A stretch of 64,000 nucleotides of DNA from Octopus sinensis (GCF_006345805.1 NC_042998.1:18538001-18602000), one strand, 5' to 3'; counted from the first letter of the stretch, positions 13,365 through 27,486 are shown. Numbers and translations are program-made. Notes: generated by a model from the letters alone, not told the origin.

Positions 13365-14740
13365 AGTCCTTAAGTTTAAGTTTAAACGTTGCGGTCGTGC
13401 TTTGCTACATCTTCATTATTTGAAACCTCCTCGGATATATGGCTTTTGGTGAATGAGTAAGACCGATGCTGCTGCCTTCGTCTGTGTTTCCTGCCGTGAC
13501 GTTGGCTCATCCGGAACTCTTGACAATAGGGTTGCCCAGTTTTGTTCTGAAGACACCTACTTCCACGCTATGCAGGTCTCACTTGGAGTGGGGGATACTG
13601 AATAGCTGTGGGCACTGGTTACCCAAGCTTTTGCAGTATCTTCTCCTGTATTTTTATGGCGATGGGATATTCGTCACTATGCAACAGCGCCAGATTTTCC
13701 AACTTCCAATGCCAGCGTTTGGTACAAGACTTGCCTGGTTCTTCGAGATGTCTATCATTGCATATCTTTCCCGCCTTCGTTCTAGGGGATAAAATCTTAA
13801 CTAGTACTGCCTAATAGCTGATACGTTACTTTCCTAATAGCTGATACGTTACACTGCTATGATTTTCTCTGTGTAGCTTCGTTGCATTGCTTCGAGTTCT
13901 GCTATTAATTTTATACTGTGTGTTATCTATAGGTAGAGAGTAGTCCAAGCGTCTGATGACACATGTCCTACAAAGAACCACCATAGTTTCCTTTCCTATG
14001 GTTCTGAAAGTTCGGAAGATCCATCGGCTAGCTGTCTGCATTTGATTGCCAAATTAGTAATATGCACCATTAATCATACCAAAACCCAGGTCAAGTACTG
14101 ATTTTGATTCAAGGATTGCAACTCCTCCTGGGACGGTGCATCCTGTTTACATTTCATTCCGTTTTGTGGGCTGGTAGCGCAGGGATCAGAATTTTCCAGC
14201 ATTAAACAGCATGTTATTTTGCTCATCTCACCTCTATATCACGTTCAACCTCTGTTGTAGACGCTCAATATTTCCAGGGTTTTGAATGATCTAAGAGACG
14301 TTTGTGTCACCTGCATGGCAGCAGAGGGCATGTCTAAGAGGGCCACTATAAATAGCAGTGGCCCTAAAAGAGTGACCTATGGAACACTACTTAGTATTTG
14401 TGTTTCTTTTGAGGTGGCTCCATTAGATACAACTGTCTCATTCCTATCTTTTAGAAAGTCAACTTCCCACTCTCCAAGTGTCCTGATTATGCTGGGATTA
14501 CGCAGTAATATCAACTATATATTTGTGAAAAGGGCGGACGTTGTCTCACAAGCAGTTGTGCAGGCAAAAGTGTTAGTAAATGTGGTCAGATTGACCTGGA
14601 AATTTGCACATCTATGTTAAAAGTTCTGAGGAGTTTACATGGCAGCTTTGATTTTGCTTAGTTGAAAGGCGTGGTCTCTAGGGCAAAATTCCGCATCTTT
14701 AACATGTGGTCTGAGTTGACTTGAATGAAATCGGGTTATA
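13365..14740 (-). mobile_element. Decayed CR1/L2-group LINE, RT domain to 3' end
   Basis: Minus strand gives SSVP*VTLLGPLLFIVALLDMP (GVPQG.VLGP motif), NNMLFNAGKF, WIFRTFRTIGKETMVVLC...RLDYS, and PDEPTS..E...AAAS near the C-terminus. Confidence 0.85.
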
Positions 14741-14780
14741 ATACTAGTATATACATACATACATACATACATACATACAT

Positions 14781-14888
14781 CCGAATTCATCCAGCGCTTC
14801 CTGAGATATCAAGTGCACGGATATACAAACAAACAAACAAACACGACTGAAAACAATACCTCCGCCCTCGGTAAGGCAGAGGTAATAA
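14781..14888 (+). mobile_element. 3' end of a Helitron/Helentron-type non-autonomous element
   Basis: TTCCTGAGATATC...(ACAA)n...GAAAACAA followed by a hairpin TACCTCCGCC-N8-GGCAGAGGTA (9/10 bp) at 14857-14884. Confidence 0.5.
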
Positions 14889-15101
14889 TAGATGAGGCAT
14901 TAGTAGCAAGACACTATTTGCATTTCTTATCTTTATACAGTGTACATTTAATGAAATACGTATATACACACAAAGAGGAAGTGAGAGAAGGGAGAGAGAA
15001 AGAGAGAAAGAGAAATTTGTATATAAAAACTATTAGACACATAAACATGAGTATACATATAGAAATTTATGAAAACATTATATGAATATAGATAGATAGA
15101 T

Positions 15102-15133
<32 letters not shown>

Positions 15134-15555
15134 GCATACACGCACATATTTATACAAACACACACATATAGATATATAAACATACACACACACATATTTA
15201 TACAAACACACATGTATACATATATAAACATACAAACACACAGAGTTAAACTCTCTCTCGCAGACATATAAACAATCACATATATATGCCACTTCCTGAT
15301 AATCCTATTATAAGTAAGTTTACATAAATATACAACAGATAAGTCAAGTAGACAAATTTACATTTGTACTTGAGATTGTTTGACGTGATTAACAGTGTTA
15401 CAGAATTGAAGTTAATGTTTTAGAATATTTCTTTAACAAAACAGCATCTTAGAATTTGTTTATGTTTTATAATATCATTTTCATATGTATATTTATGTAA
15501 AAGGGCTGTGGTAGAAATAAAAATGAATAAGAACAAACTTTCCAGCTACGTGTTG

Positions 15556-15586
15556 AATAATAATAATAATAATAATAATAATATAA

Positions 15587-15630
<44 letters not shown>

Positions 15631-15644
15631 TAATAATAATAATA

Positions 15645-15722
<78 letters not shown>

Positions 15723-15727
15723 TAATA
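15556..15727 (+). repeat. (AAT)n microsatellite
   Basis: Direct trinucleotide run; it generates the poly-I/L/Y pseudo-ORFs. Confidence 0.95.
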
Positions 15728-15736
15728 TTTTTAATT

Positions 15737-16260
15737 TTTGCCACGAGGGTAGTTTAGGGAGGGGATTACCTCGATTACATCGACCCCAGTGTTTCACTGG
15801 TACTTAATTATCATCCCCGAAACGATGAAAGGCAAAGTAGACCTCGGCGGAATTTGAACTCAGAAAGTAGCGACGGGCTAAATATAGAGGGGACAAACAA
15901 GGACAGACAAACGGATTAAGTCGGTTGCATCAACCCTAGTGCATAACTGGTACTTAATTTATCGACCCCCGAAAGAATGAAAGGCAAAGTCGACCTCGGC
16001 GGAATTTGAACTCAAAACGTAGCGGCAGACGAAATACCTATTTCTTTACTACTCACAAGGGGCTAAACACAGAGAGGACAAAGAAGGACAGACAAACGGA
16101 TTAAGTCGATTACATCGACACAGTGCGTCTCTGGTACTTATTTAATCGACCCCGAAGGATGAAAGTCGACCTCGGCGGAATTTTGACTCAGAACGTAACG
16201 GCAGACGAAATACGGCTTTCATTTCGCCCGGCGTGCTTACATTTCTGCCAGCTCGCCGCT
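15737..16260 (-). mobile_element. Cluster of three SINE family A copies
   Basis: Three same-orientation reverse copies (~15737-15875, ~15878-16040, ~16040-16260). Only the last has a complete head. Confidence 0.9.
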
Positions 16261-17801
16261 TTAGTAATAATAATAACAACAACAACTACAACAAGAAACG
16301 TGACCCAAGTCGGAAGAGGTACAATTTTGGCGCTTAATAGAACTCTCATGAGATTAGTAAGGCAATTCAGCAACATTGATAGCAATAATAATAAATAATT
16401 GTACTTAAATTGTTCTAAATTAAAGTAACAGTAGATCTATTATTCAGTACATACTTATATCACGCACTCTATTATTATAGTTCCTGTTTTTCTTTCATTT
16501 TATAACTGAAAGTTTAAAACGACATTTTCTTTTTAACTGATATTCTCTGTTTCATGTTCACGTTTGAAACACCGACATTTCATTTTTCTTTTGTTTATTT
16601 TACTATAGTGTTATTTTGTTTAGAAGTTAAATTAATTTCATTGTAATGTTGAGAAATATATCCTTCACTTGCATAAGATATTACAATATGATATATCCCA
16701 ATGTATATTTATAGCACATTATTATGACAATATATGAAATAATGTTGTGTGATAAAATACAGCATTAATATTTCAAACGTGCACGAGTTCTTTGACTATC
16801 TAATAATTACAGAATATATTTCCTATTCTTTATATATTCCGTAGAATAGCAGTTATAGCAAACAGATTTCAAAACCTGGATATTTTATTTGAAAATATAA
16901 TATTATTAATATTTGTAACATATCCTATTACATCATAGACATAATAAATATAGGAAAATGCTGATGCATATACGTTACATCATACAGATATACAATAATT
17001 TAATCTTTTTAAATATGTAACATAGAAGCTATATTTACAGTATATCCTATTATAAATATAAATATATCATTGAATTTGAAAATATTATACAAATATACTA
17101 TAAGCTGCCATCACAGCATATATACTTGAAAACCTATAGACACTATTGAAAGCATTATATAAGGGAGTATGTATTGTAAACTGTGCCTTTATATATTATT
17201 CATAGTTTGTGTGTATAATAAAACAATATAGCATACGACATCAAAGTATGCGTATTTTAGAAAGTGCATAAGCTGTTTTGCAATAAAATATTTGCAGAAA
17301 TATTTATAACCCGTATGAAACCCTTAGCATAGAACTGCTAAATACTACACAGATTCTATTACTTTAAAATAGTCTTCTTTTCTGAGAATCGCTCCCAGCT
17401 CCCACTAAGTTTTTTTCTTTCTGTCTACAATGGAAATATCAAATAATTTAATTGTTTTCCGAAAATCATTACTATATTATTAAATTATTTATCTCAGTTT
17501 ATTGTTCTACATGCGTTCTTTGCCACATCTTATTTAAACGTTTTAATTATGAAAATTCTTAATAGCTAAAGGTCTTTGTATCTTTTTATTCTGTGCGTAA
17601 ATATCGTTGTCAGCTGATCGATTAGGCGCGACTTTAGATGAGATAGAAAGAAAAACGTAAACCCTTCCCTTAACTATCTCATTGCCTGCTTACAAAATTC
17701 AACTTTTACTTTAAGTATGATGTTACTTTTTTAAATTATCTCCACTTGGAATAATTACCGCTAGGCTGCGGGGAGTCTACAGTAAAATTTCAATTTCTCA
17801 A

Positions 17802-17933
17802 TCTATATTTCTTCTCGATGGTATATGCGAGATATTCACAGGTATTGTGAGCCAACGAACTACCAGTTTTGGAATAGTAGATCAAACTGATGGGGTAAGC
17901 ATATTCCATCGTCCACTTTAACACCACACTTTA
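17802..17933. repeat. Local duplication, copy 1 (copy 2 at 19639-19769)
   Basis: 132 vs 131 bp with 9 substitutions and one 1-nt indel. Both copies contain TTCACAG|...GATGGG|GTAAGC. Confidence 0.9.
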
Positions 17934-18563
17934 TCTCTTGGCTGATTTTATTGGCCACAACCTATACAGAAATTCGGTTAAGTCATCACTTTAATGATAC
18001 TTAACACTCTGTATCCCACAAGTCTCAAAGGGATTGAATAATGTCGTGTGCAATGACCATCTTCTATATTAAGTAATATGATTAAGCGCTCCACCAAATG
18101 TGATGCTATTGTTTTACTGTCCGCCTTTGTATCTACCATCAACAACGTGCCGTAGAGTAGTCTATTGTATTATTCAAAAGAGGATAAAAACAGACTCTGA
18201 GCATTTTATGCCCAAATATTCAATAGAAATACAAGTAGGTATGGCGTTCAAATGCTTATATGTATCTTAAAATACGTCTCTCATAATATTACATCTCTCG
18301 TTAGTTTGCATAATTATTCGAATATTCACCTTAACGTGTTGTAAAATTAATATTATCATTGCAATACGTTAAAGCTAAATGATAAAATGAAATAGAACTA
18401 TTTGAAAAATAGAACTGATTCAGAGAAAAGATTGATTCATACCTACATACAAATAATGATTGGAATATTATTATAAGAGTTGATGATGATGATGATGAAG
18501 TTGAGGATGATGATGATGGTCATGCTCATGATGATAATAATAATATTAAAAATAATAATAATG

Positions 18564-18614
<51 letters not shown>

Positions 18615-18631
18615 TTTAACGCTGCATATTA

Positions 18632-18822
18632 TTAGTAGAATTGTTAGCACACACGACAAAATGCTGAATAGAATTTCGTCCATCTTTGACTCTGAGATGA
18701 AATTTTGCCTTTTATCATTTCAGGGTCGATAAATTAAGTACCAGACAAGCACTGGGGTCGATGCATTTGACTAGCCCCTTCTCCTAATTTCTCAGGCCTT
18801 GAGCCTATAGTAGAAATAAGTA
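18632..18822 (+). mobile_element. Diverged SINE family A
   Basis: GTTAGCAC...TTTGCCTTTTATCATTTCAGGGTCGATAAATTAAGTACCAG...GGGGTCGAT. Confidence 0.75.
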
Positions 18823-19638
18823 GTAGTTAATATTATCCTCATTATTTCATTACTGAATCATATTAGGAGGTGTTGTAAAGACTGAATTGGATGTACAATA
18901 AAATGTCTATGGAACAAATAACGGCTTACACTTTAAAATTTCCAATTAATGCTCAAGAAAATGTGACCAGTTTCCTAAGTGGGAAGATAAGTTCTTTTTG
19001 TCTGTTATTTTACAGAAGCTATCGTATGCACAGATTCCTGGAAACATAAGTATACGTTCAAGCTAGTTACTATATATTTGAACTAGATGTCAGTAGGATT
19101 TTAAGCTGCCACTTGGGAGTGGCATGTTATAGTACACATGTGCTAATGATCATAAAATATCTTGAAACACTATGCTAAGATAATTGAATGGGAAAGAAAT
19201 CCGACTGAGGACATTTACTGAGTGTTAAAATGAGACATTACATACTGATAAGAGGAAAGACAAAGCAAAAAACAAACAAACACATGCAATGTTTTTAGAT
19301 TTTTTAAATATACTAACGTATGTCGCTAATTATGCCAAAATCTAGTTTCACTGTCAATATTGGGGCTGGAATTTTAACGATAAGAAACGAAAGTAAATCA
19401 TCCATTCATCGGATGATGCAATATATTTTAAAGAATATAAACTCGTGTTTACAGTAGATGTAGTTTTGTGTCTCACGGGTCGCCTTCCACGTTTCGAGTC
19501 AAAGGGACTTTTTAACCCCATATTTACACGCTTATCTGCTTATCTGCTTCAATTACAGTTCTAAACTAAAAAAAGAATTATTTCATTTTTTCTTGTAATT
19601 TATGTGTGAATCACTACTTTACCATCCCTACATCTACG

Positions 19639-19769
19639 TCTATATTTCTTCTCGCTGATATATGCAAGATATTCACAGGCATTGTAAGCCAACGAACCAC
19701 CAGTTTTGGAATATAGATCATACTGATGGGGTAAGCATAATCCATCGTCCACTTTAACACCCCACTTTA
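19639..19769. repeat. Local duplication, copy 2
   Basis: See 17802-17933. Confidence 0.9.
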
Positions 19770-19933
19770 GCCCACAATGCAAAGATATCTTGAGAATCTT
19801 ACAGATGACAAATTAAGAATTTACTTCTTTAGTCTCTTTTGAAAAGTGAAGTTCAAAGTGATTTTCTTTTTCTTTATAGTAATCATTAATCATTACCATC
19901 AGTGAGATTAATGAGGTGGATGACCACCTTCAG

Positions 19934-20027
19934 ATTATTATAGAGCTGCAGGGAGAGTATAGCCATATTGTTATAGATCTGCGGGGAAGGTATAGCCATA
20001 TTGTTATAGATGTGCGGGGAAGGTATA
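19934..20027 (+). repeat. 33-bp minisatellite (~2.8 units)
   Basis: GTATAGCCATATTGTTATAGAT(C/G)TGCGGGGAAG at 19957 and 19990, plus partial units. Confidence 0.85.
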
Positions 20028-20034
20028 ATGAATA

Positions 20035-20137
20035 ATGGAAAACAAGACAAGAATAAGTGGCGAAACAAGAGGAAAAGATACCAGCAATGTGAATAAGGTT
20101 AGACCTTGTATAACGCAAGTTAGATTTCGTGAGCAGA
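20035..20137 (+). CDS. Candidate exon (unnamed gene model)
   Basis: ATG...MENKTRISGETRGKDTSNVNKVRPCITQVRFREQ ends at A|GTATGT. A 65-nt intron with CTTAC..TTTTAG joins it in phase to 20203. Confidence 0.2.
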
Positions 20138-20202
20138 GTATGTCGTAGTAGGATATAACGGTAGAGTAATATTCCACAGCACTTACGTTGATTTGCTTTT
20201 AG

Positions 20203-20306
20203 AATATATTTATGAGTGGATCTTTGAAACGTTTCCCAGAGAATATGATTCTGACAACACTAAAGACAGTTTTGTCTGTAAAAGCAATCTAGTCCCAAAT
20301 GGTGAC
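20203..20306 (+). CDS. Candidate exon (unnamed gene model)
   Basis: TTGCTTTTAG|..YIYEWIFETFPREYDSDNTKDSFVCKSNLVPNGD|GTTAGT, phase 1 to 0. Confidence 0.3.
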
Positions 20307-21617
20307 GTTAGTATTCTACGGCGGGCCTTACATTTTTCAAAATAAAACATTTGTTGCTCGCCCATTAAGTATTTGAGGACACTGAAAGTACACATATGCA
20401 ACTAAAAGAAAAACAACGCACGCATATACACCACATATATAAATTTTTATTTCAAATCACTAGACATAATATAGAAGTGATTGTCGAAATTTGATCGATC
20501 ATTTTGACCAAATATCGATGTTTACTTCAATACACACATACTGTCGTGTCCGTTTATAGGTTTTAATTTCCTCAGGCAAATGTCCATTTTTTAAACTTTC
20601 ATTTTCTTCCCCATCCACCCACACCATATATATATATAAGCATGTATGTATGTATGTATGTATGTATGTATGTATGTATATATATATACATACACACTCA
20701 CATACACACACATACACAAACACACACACATATATATATACTTGGATTTTTAATTGGTTTGCAAGATTCCTAATGTGAATTCGTGTGTTTATTTAAAATC
20801 TCATTGGCATAATGACCCTCTCCAGACAGCAAGATATATGTGTGTGTATGTGTGTGTATATATATATATATATATATTCACACAATATATATATATATAT
20901 ATATATATTCACACAAACATATTGATATATACATATACAAAATATATATTTATATATCTATGTACATATATATGTGTGTGCTTGTGTACGTGTATACGTG
21001 TGTGTGTATGTGTGTGCGTGTGTGTGTATATGTGTTTGTACTTTCGTCTATGAATATAATTGTGTTCACACCAACATCAACGTTTTATACTTCAACATTA
21101 CAACTACAACTTTTACATTTGATTAAACATCTGGCGTTCAATCATTCCGTCTGTTAGTCCGCTGTAAATGAATGCAAATTCGCTTAAGTATGTTGGCTTT
21201 TTATTATTAGTACATAGTGATATTAAAAATATTGGCTATTCTTGTAACGATGAACAATTGTAGACGAATGTTCAAATAGCTTTATACAATAAGACTTTCC
21301 GAAGAACCCTACAGATAAAAATTTTTATACAAATCTTTGTATCATACACGAATCTTGTTTATTGGATCTACCATTCAATAACATGATATTTTCTATTCAT
21401 AATCGTAAGATTAAACTTTCATGCCTAAAACCATACATTGTGTGTACGTACGTATACAAGGAGTCATGTGTTTTTGGAATGTGTGTGTGTGATGTGTTTT
21501 ATTCAATTATAAATGTCAAATATTAACTGGATAAAAATCTATTTAGTGTAATATGGGTTATTATTATTGTAAAGTAATAGTTACTTTAGTAATTTGCCAA
21601 ATTGGTTTTACACTCAG

Positions 21618-21695
21618 TGTGGCGAAGAAAGAATGCTAGTCGTATATACAAAAAATGGGATATTCCATGGTGTAAAGAATAGTTGCAATAGGCAA
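21618..21695 (+). CDS. Candidate exon (unnamed gene model)
   Basis: TTTTACACTCAG|CGEERMLVVYTKNGIFHGVKNSCNRQ|GTGAGT, phase 0 to 0; the other two frames have stops. Confidence 0.35.
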
Positions 21696-21983
21696 GTGAG
21701 TATTATTGGTAAAATGAACCATTAGAAATTCGCAAAATAGATTTGAATACAATATTTGTCTTAATCAAAACTTAAGGATCGACAATAAGTATTAACATTA
21801 TTAAATCAGTACACTGGTATCAAACTTCGGGTTTGCTAAAACATATTGCATGTTGTAACTTTATAATCCATAGCCAAGTCTAGCTAAACACGTATACAAA
21901 AAATATTAGGCATTTGATTGAATGAGGACGGTTAAAGTAACATTACAAAAATCTGCTCACTGGCTAAAATGAACGAGTATATA

Positions 21984-22107
<124 letters not shown>

Positions 22108-23434
22108 TATAGATATGTATGTATGTATGTATATATATCACAAAATACCCTAGACAACAATAGTATAATAGTGCGTCTTCATTTCACGCCCGGAGTTGAG
22201 TTGATCTGATTCGTACCAATTATTAATCAGAACAAGAGGTTGTGGGAAATGGGTGATGTGTATTATTACTGATTATAGAAAATATTATTTCTCTTGAAAA
22301 GAAATAGGGCCATGCCGAATACAATAGACATTGTTGACGCGATATTGCAAATTCGATTAATATGAAGGGAAGTTAACATAATATTATATGTTGAAGAACT
22401 ACAAACTTGGATTAAGTTTCATTAAAAATATAAGTCAGATAATCATTGTACAATCTGAAAAAATGTTCGTAATTAAGAACCTGCAGTATAGTTTACATCG
22501 AAATTATTCAATATGAGTTTGGGAAAATTGATTTCAGAAATTTTAATTTAATGTAACTTCCTCATAAATTACGTTTGTAATGAATCTTGTAACCTACAAC
22601 CACTCCTTAAAGAAGCTTTAACAGGGATTTGTAGAAAGCAATTTTCACAATTAAATTAGTATACCTAGAAAACAAAATTTAATCTAGGCTTACACTTAAA
22701 ATCAATTGCTTATAAGGTGTGACTCTTTAGTCAATCTTCCATTTATCATTGAGTAGTTTCTGTGATGATATATAAGATACTTTCTCTAAAAATATGCAAA
22801 TCAAAATGGTAAAAGCATGCAAAACACATATAGAATATGAATAGTTGCTGCTTTTAATGGTAACCTTAATGCCGATAATGTGTCTCATTAATACGTCATT
22901 AATAAAGTAGAAGTACGTCTGACTCCTCCATTAAAGATATTCAGAAATATAATTAAGTCAAGCTATTATAAAATTTGAATAATCCCATATTTACAACACA
23001 GTTACTCTTAGTGTTGGAGAGGTAATTTATATTCGGAAGTACAAAACAAAGACAAAATATGAATAAAAATCTTGGAAACAAGCAGAAATAATTCAATCAT
23101 GAGAAATAATAAAGAATTTCTATAAGACATGCTTTCTGCAGACGAGTACTGCAATTTTCTGGTTTCGAGAGTACATTCAAGTTTAGTAGAATATATAGAA
23201 TACTAACCTATATAAGTTTTACTTTTCATATTTTCTCTTATACATCATTTATTAATCTCTTTTGTAACATATTACCACAATATTTATTTCAATCTGATTT
23301 CTATAAATTAACTAGAAATATGTTGATCGCCTATTGAATCAGTCTGAACAAACCAAACAGATAATATTCTCCATTCAATCACCTGTAGTTGGTTATAAAT
23401 TTCCTTCAGTATTGGTGTCATCTTTTTTGTGATG

Positions 23435-23850
23435 TAATACTGCTATCGCTTTCATATTTTATATCCTAGAAATTGTACCAAACTTTGGCATTAAAAGTTA
23501 CACAAATAGCAGGACGGGGCAGTTCTGCATAGCTGCAAAAATCCCAGCATTGCTATCAGGATATAGGAACAGATACTGCAACAGCTTGGTTTTCAAGATC
23601 ACAAAACTTTTCAATATCCGTCCAAAATGCTTCATTGACCTACATGTATCTCCACTTTTCAAGAGTTTCGAATGAACCTACCTACCTCGCGAGAAGAAAC
23701 ACAGAGGAGGGCAAAAACATCAAACGCCCTCATTCGCCTAATATCACATAACAGACAACGTTTCAATTAGTGAAGGTGTAGCAAAGCTAATGGCGATGCC
23801 CCAGTATGTCCGCAGCTCTCGAGCTTAAACTAGTACGTAAAAAAGAAATT
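23435..23850 (+). mobile_element. 3' fragment of the same CR1/L2-group LINE family as 13365-14740
   Basis: Colinear matches to the reverse complement of 13.4-13.75 kb: TTGTACCAAAC..TGGCATT, AGATACTGCAA.AGCTTGG, GAAACACAGA.GA.GGCA, TGAAG.TGTAGCAAAGC. Translates as ILEIVPNFGI. Confidence 0.8.
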
Positions 23851-24042
23851 ACTGCGAATCACATAAGGAATTGTACATTTGGACTTTGTTGATTTTTGCA
23901 GCAAGGTGAAAGGTTTGGTTCTCCTTTTATAGTATGTTTTCCCATGTTTTTAAACACGGTTTCGTAAGGTTTTCGAATACACAGGTGTTCAGAGGAAACA
24001 ATGTTATTTGAAACTATTATAGCCTTTGACTGAGTTATGCAT

Positions 24043-24082
<40 letters not shown>

Positions 24083-25055
24083 ATTTTCACAACACCTGAA
24101 ATAATTTAATACACATTTTATTGCTATTACTGACGGAAAGATGCACAAACCTTTAAAACTCTATAATCATTTAGATGTAAAATAATATTTCTAATAAAAA
24201 TCAGTTTATTAAACTCTTAAAAAGTCTGAAATATTTTACATTTTCATAATTAAAAAAAATACATTTCAGATAATAATTCTTTCAAACTTATAATATAAAC
24301 AATATTACTCTCCAATTAACATGACAGCTACTTCTAAATTTTATATAAATGATCTCCATTTTGTAAGATAAATATCCTCGTTGTCTGATGTGCTTTTAAT
24401 TACTTAAGATAATTCTTACAAACACATATTTATTTAACTTAACTGACGACGACAAACATTTTATCGCCCAATTTTCATCCCACATTTACTATTCATTGTT
24501 TCTCCTATCAATGACTACAAATGTTTGTTTGAGCGTGCATGTGTTGACTACAAATCATATTTAGGCCATTTCTCTTTTTATATTTTGCAGTTTAAAATTT
24601 ATTTTTACATGTTTTGTTACCCTGCCCGTTGAAAGTCTGATCTGTCATCTGTATATATATATTTATGCACGTGCGTGTATGTGAGTGTGTCTGTGTGTGT
24701 GTGGTTGTATATAGTTTACAATTTGTTGCTTATCTACATGCATATTTTATACCAATGAGAAAAACATGCCTGTTTAGAAGAACATGTGAAGTTGGTGTAA
24801 AATTAATATGTCCGAGACTTTCGTTGCACAGTGTATATTACAATAAAATCAGTATGTTTCATACAGCTGTTCCTGAATAACAAACAGCTGTGTGAAATAA
24901 TAGGTGTAAGCTAAAACTAAATATTAAATTAATTTGAGTGTGAATTATAAGCAACAACCGTCGATACGATTCATTATTTCTAAGATAATAGGAAGAATAT
25001 TATATGAGCATTGGTGTCGATATAGCAGACAGATTTATTCTTCTTCTTCTTCTAC

Positions 25056-25085
<30 letters not shown>

Positions 25086-25090
<5 letters not shown>

Positions 25091-25632
25091 GAGTGAGAGA
25101 GCAGTACATGCCATCAAAGTGACACTGGTGTAAAATATACGAAGCTTGTTATACCCAGCATGACAACCTGTCTTATAAGGGTACACCAGGCACATGCATC
25201 ACAACCAAATGTGCGCGATATTGTGATCTCATATCAAGATAAACAGCGCATGACCTTGGAGGTGGGGCCCAGTTAGAATTTTCTTCTGGTCGAGTAGTCC
25301 ATCCCGCTCCAAAGGTTCCTGTATAAGGATTGTTTAACAAACCATCAATGTTTCCAGAGGTGAATTCTCCAAACCACCAAGAATTCCTTTCAACACACAG
25401 CTATGATGCTCCCCCACTACTTCTGCTTATGATCAGAGATGCACATATCGACAGCCACTAAGGGACATGCTCAACTGGTTAAGGTCAAACAACTGACGAG
25501 CAAATCCGTGGTATTGAGCATAATATTTGCTGTAGCTCATCTTTTATACCAAGACAAAACAATGTACATGATGACACTTCCAATCAGTTAGGATCAGAAA
25601 CCACGAGAGCCACTGCCTGGTACTGCATCATC
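25086..25632 (-). mobile_element. Unclassified interspersed repeat, probably a LINE 3' UTR with (AAT)n tail
   Basis: A GC-richer ~550-bp block whose minus strand ends in CTCTCTCACTC(AAT)n. No ORF. Confidence 0.45.
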
Positions 25633-26432
25633 ATTATTAATATTATTATTATTATTATTATTATCGCTGCAAACTGGGAGAATATTTTCTTCTAATATTT
25701 TAGGTTCTCTGATTAAAACCTAATGTGGTCAACTTTATCTTTCCTCTTTTTTGGGTCGATAAATAGATAAATACCAATCAAATACAGACAAATCGCAAAC
25801 CCATCCTCCTGAAATTGCTGGCCGTGTACCAATATTTGAAATCATTTTTATCATTATTGCATTCGCTGATTTTGTCCACGCTGTGACCATCGTAACTGTT
25901 AGTTTTATCTAGATGGTTACAGCAAAATAAATAATTTACTATTATGCTAATCACAGTAATTCTGTCCCAAGGAAGCACGCAAACATACAAAAATAATTAT
26001 CTTAATGATGAATAGATTTATACTTTAAATAGAAACTGTACAAATATTTATTATTTCATTAAATGACAATATATCATATCTCTAAATATAGGTTTATAAA
26101 AATTATAGATCAATCAATATATATATATGGATTTACTTTTTTCGTACGATGTTTTAGGTTAGCGTATGTATACAAAGCAGAAAGGTATGTCAACAACAAT
26201 CGAGAGATTTCTACACAGTTAAATTTTGCCGCGTACAGTTGCACCCGTATGCTCTTGTCGTCAACTTTATATACAGATGAATTAAGTTCAGATTTAAGCA
26301 TAATTGGATTGAAAGAAACACCCTCCGTTTTCATTGTATGGAATTACAGAGAAGTATATATATTAAGATCTTCAGTGATTGATATGTAATAGCGTATTTC
26401 ATACAAGAGTATTTGTGTAGCTCCGAGTAGAA

Positions 26433-26520
<88 letters not shown>

Positions 26521-26641
26521 TTGGTAAGCTGGCAGAAACGTTAGCACACTGGGCAAAATGCTTAGCGGTATTTCGTCTGTCTTTATGTTCTGAGTCCAAA
26601 TTTCGCCGAGGTCGACTTTGCCTTTCATCCTTTCAGGGTCG

Positions 26642-26646
<5 letters not shown>
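26521..26646 (+). mobile_element. 3'-truncated SINE family A
   Basis: Head plus CCTTTCATCCTTTCAGGGTCGATAA running into (TA)n. Confidence 0.85.
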
Positions 26647-26684
<38 letters not shown>

Positions 26685-26685
26685 T

Positions 26686-26820
26686 TAAAATGTGACCGCG
26701 TGTGTAACGTTGGCGATTTTTTTCCTCTGTCTTTCCTTTCCTGACCGTCCAATAATACTATATTTGTTCCACGTCCTCGCGTAGTTGTGTTTTTTTGTTC
26801 TTTCTTGTTTCGATTAACTT
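26686..26820 (+). mobile_element. PLE terminal repeat family P1 with hammerhead segment deleted
   Basis: Matches 44274-44456 and 59591-59803 (ATGTGACCGCGTGTGT..GTTGGCGATT..GTCCAATAATACTATATTTGTTCCACGTCC) but lacks the CTGAGGAAGAGC..GAAACGTT block. Confidence 0.8.
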
Positions 26821-26958
26821 ATATATATACAGAGAGGGGAGAGGCTTTCTTACAAGTTATGTACAGTATTATTTTTATGCGACGTATGAATAAAAATGAA
26901 CGTGTGCGCTCACTGACATAAACATTAAGTGGAAGCTGCATTTTCACTAAATAAATAA

Positions 26959-27047
<89 letters not shown>

Positions 27048-27486
27048 TCTTTATCTGCGGCATAATAAGGCTACCACTTGTTTCATGCACAGTAATTATC
27101 AAGCCTGCCACATGAGCCATTAGTCTTTGTATCAGTCTTGGATGAAAATAAGATGGAGACGAGAACGAACGGCGTCCCGCGTGGCAGTTTTCTTAATTGC
27201 TGAGATTTCTCACGGCATGATTGAAGTAGCCTTGTTAACCCACAGATAATCAATATTTATCCACCAATACGTTGTTGAGCATTCATTCGCAGTTTTCGAT
27301 ATTAACACACACACACACACAACACACATACCCACACACACGCAACACAAATACCCACACACACACACGCATAAACACACAGACAACGAGAAAATCTTAT
27401 AATATACTATGTATTTCACCCGGTGTTCAAATGATTCTGCCAACTCGGCGCCATAACCATGTCTGTAATAATATATAATTCATAGA

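Noticed and set aside
19600-19782. Minus-strand ORF HCGLKWGVKVDDGLCLPHQYDLYSK...
   Set aside because: The sister copy at 17.8 kb is frameshifted in this frame and the differences are mostly non-synonymous; plus-strand splice signals fit better.
22140-23300. Protein-like fragments broken by many stops
   Set aside because: No identifiable domain; indistinguishable by eye from AT-rich background.
23686-23733. Apparent minus-strand signal-peptide exon MRAFDVFALLCVSSRE|GTAGGT and the following VNEAFWTDIEKFCDLENQ
   Set aside because: It is the antisense of the CR1/L2 LINE 3' fragment at 23435-23850. This shows how easily false exons arise here.
25760-25990. Hydrophobic plus-strand peptide PPEIAGRVPIFEIIFIIIAFADFVHAV and a 70-aa minus ORF
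   Set aside because: Several frames are open, the acceptor would derive from a decayed SINE, and there is no independent support.
26063-26389. 108-aa plus ORF overlapping a 74-aa minus ORF
   Set aside because: Both strands are open, there is no recognisable motif and the internal splice signals are inconsistent; I cannot choose or support either.
27064-27235. Possible ~170-bp MITE (AAGGCTAC...GTAGCCTT)
   Set aside because: The inverted match is only ~8 bp plus scattered identity, too weak.
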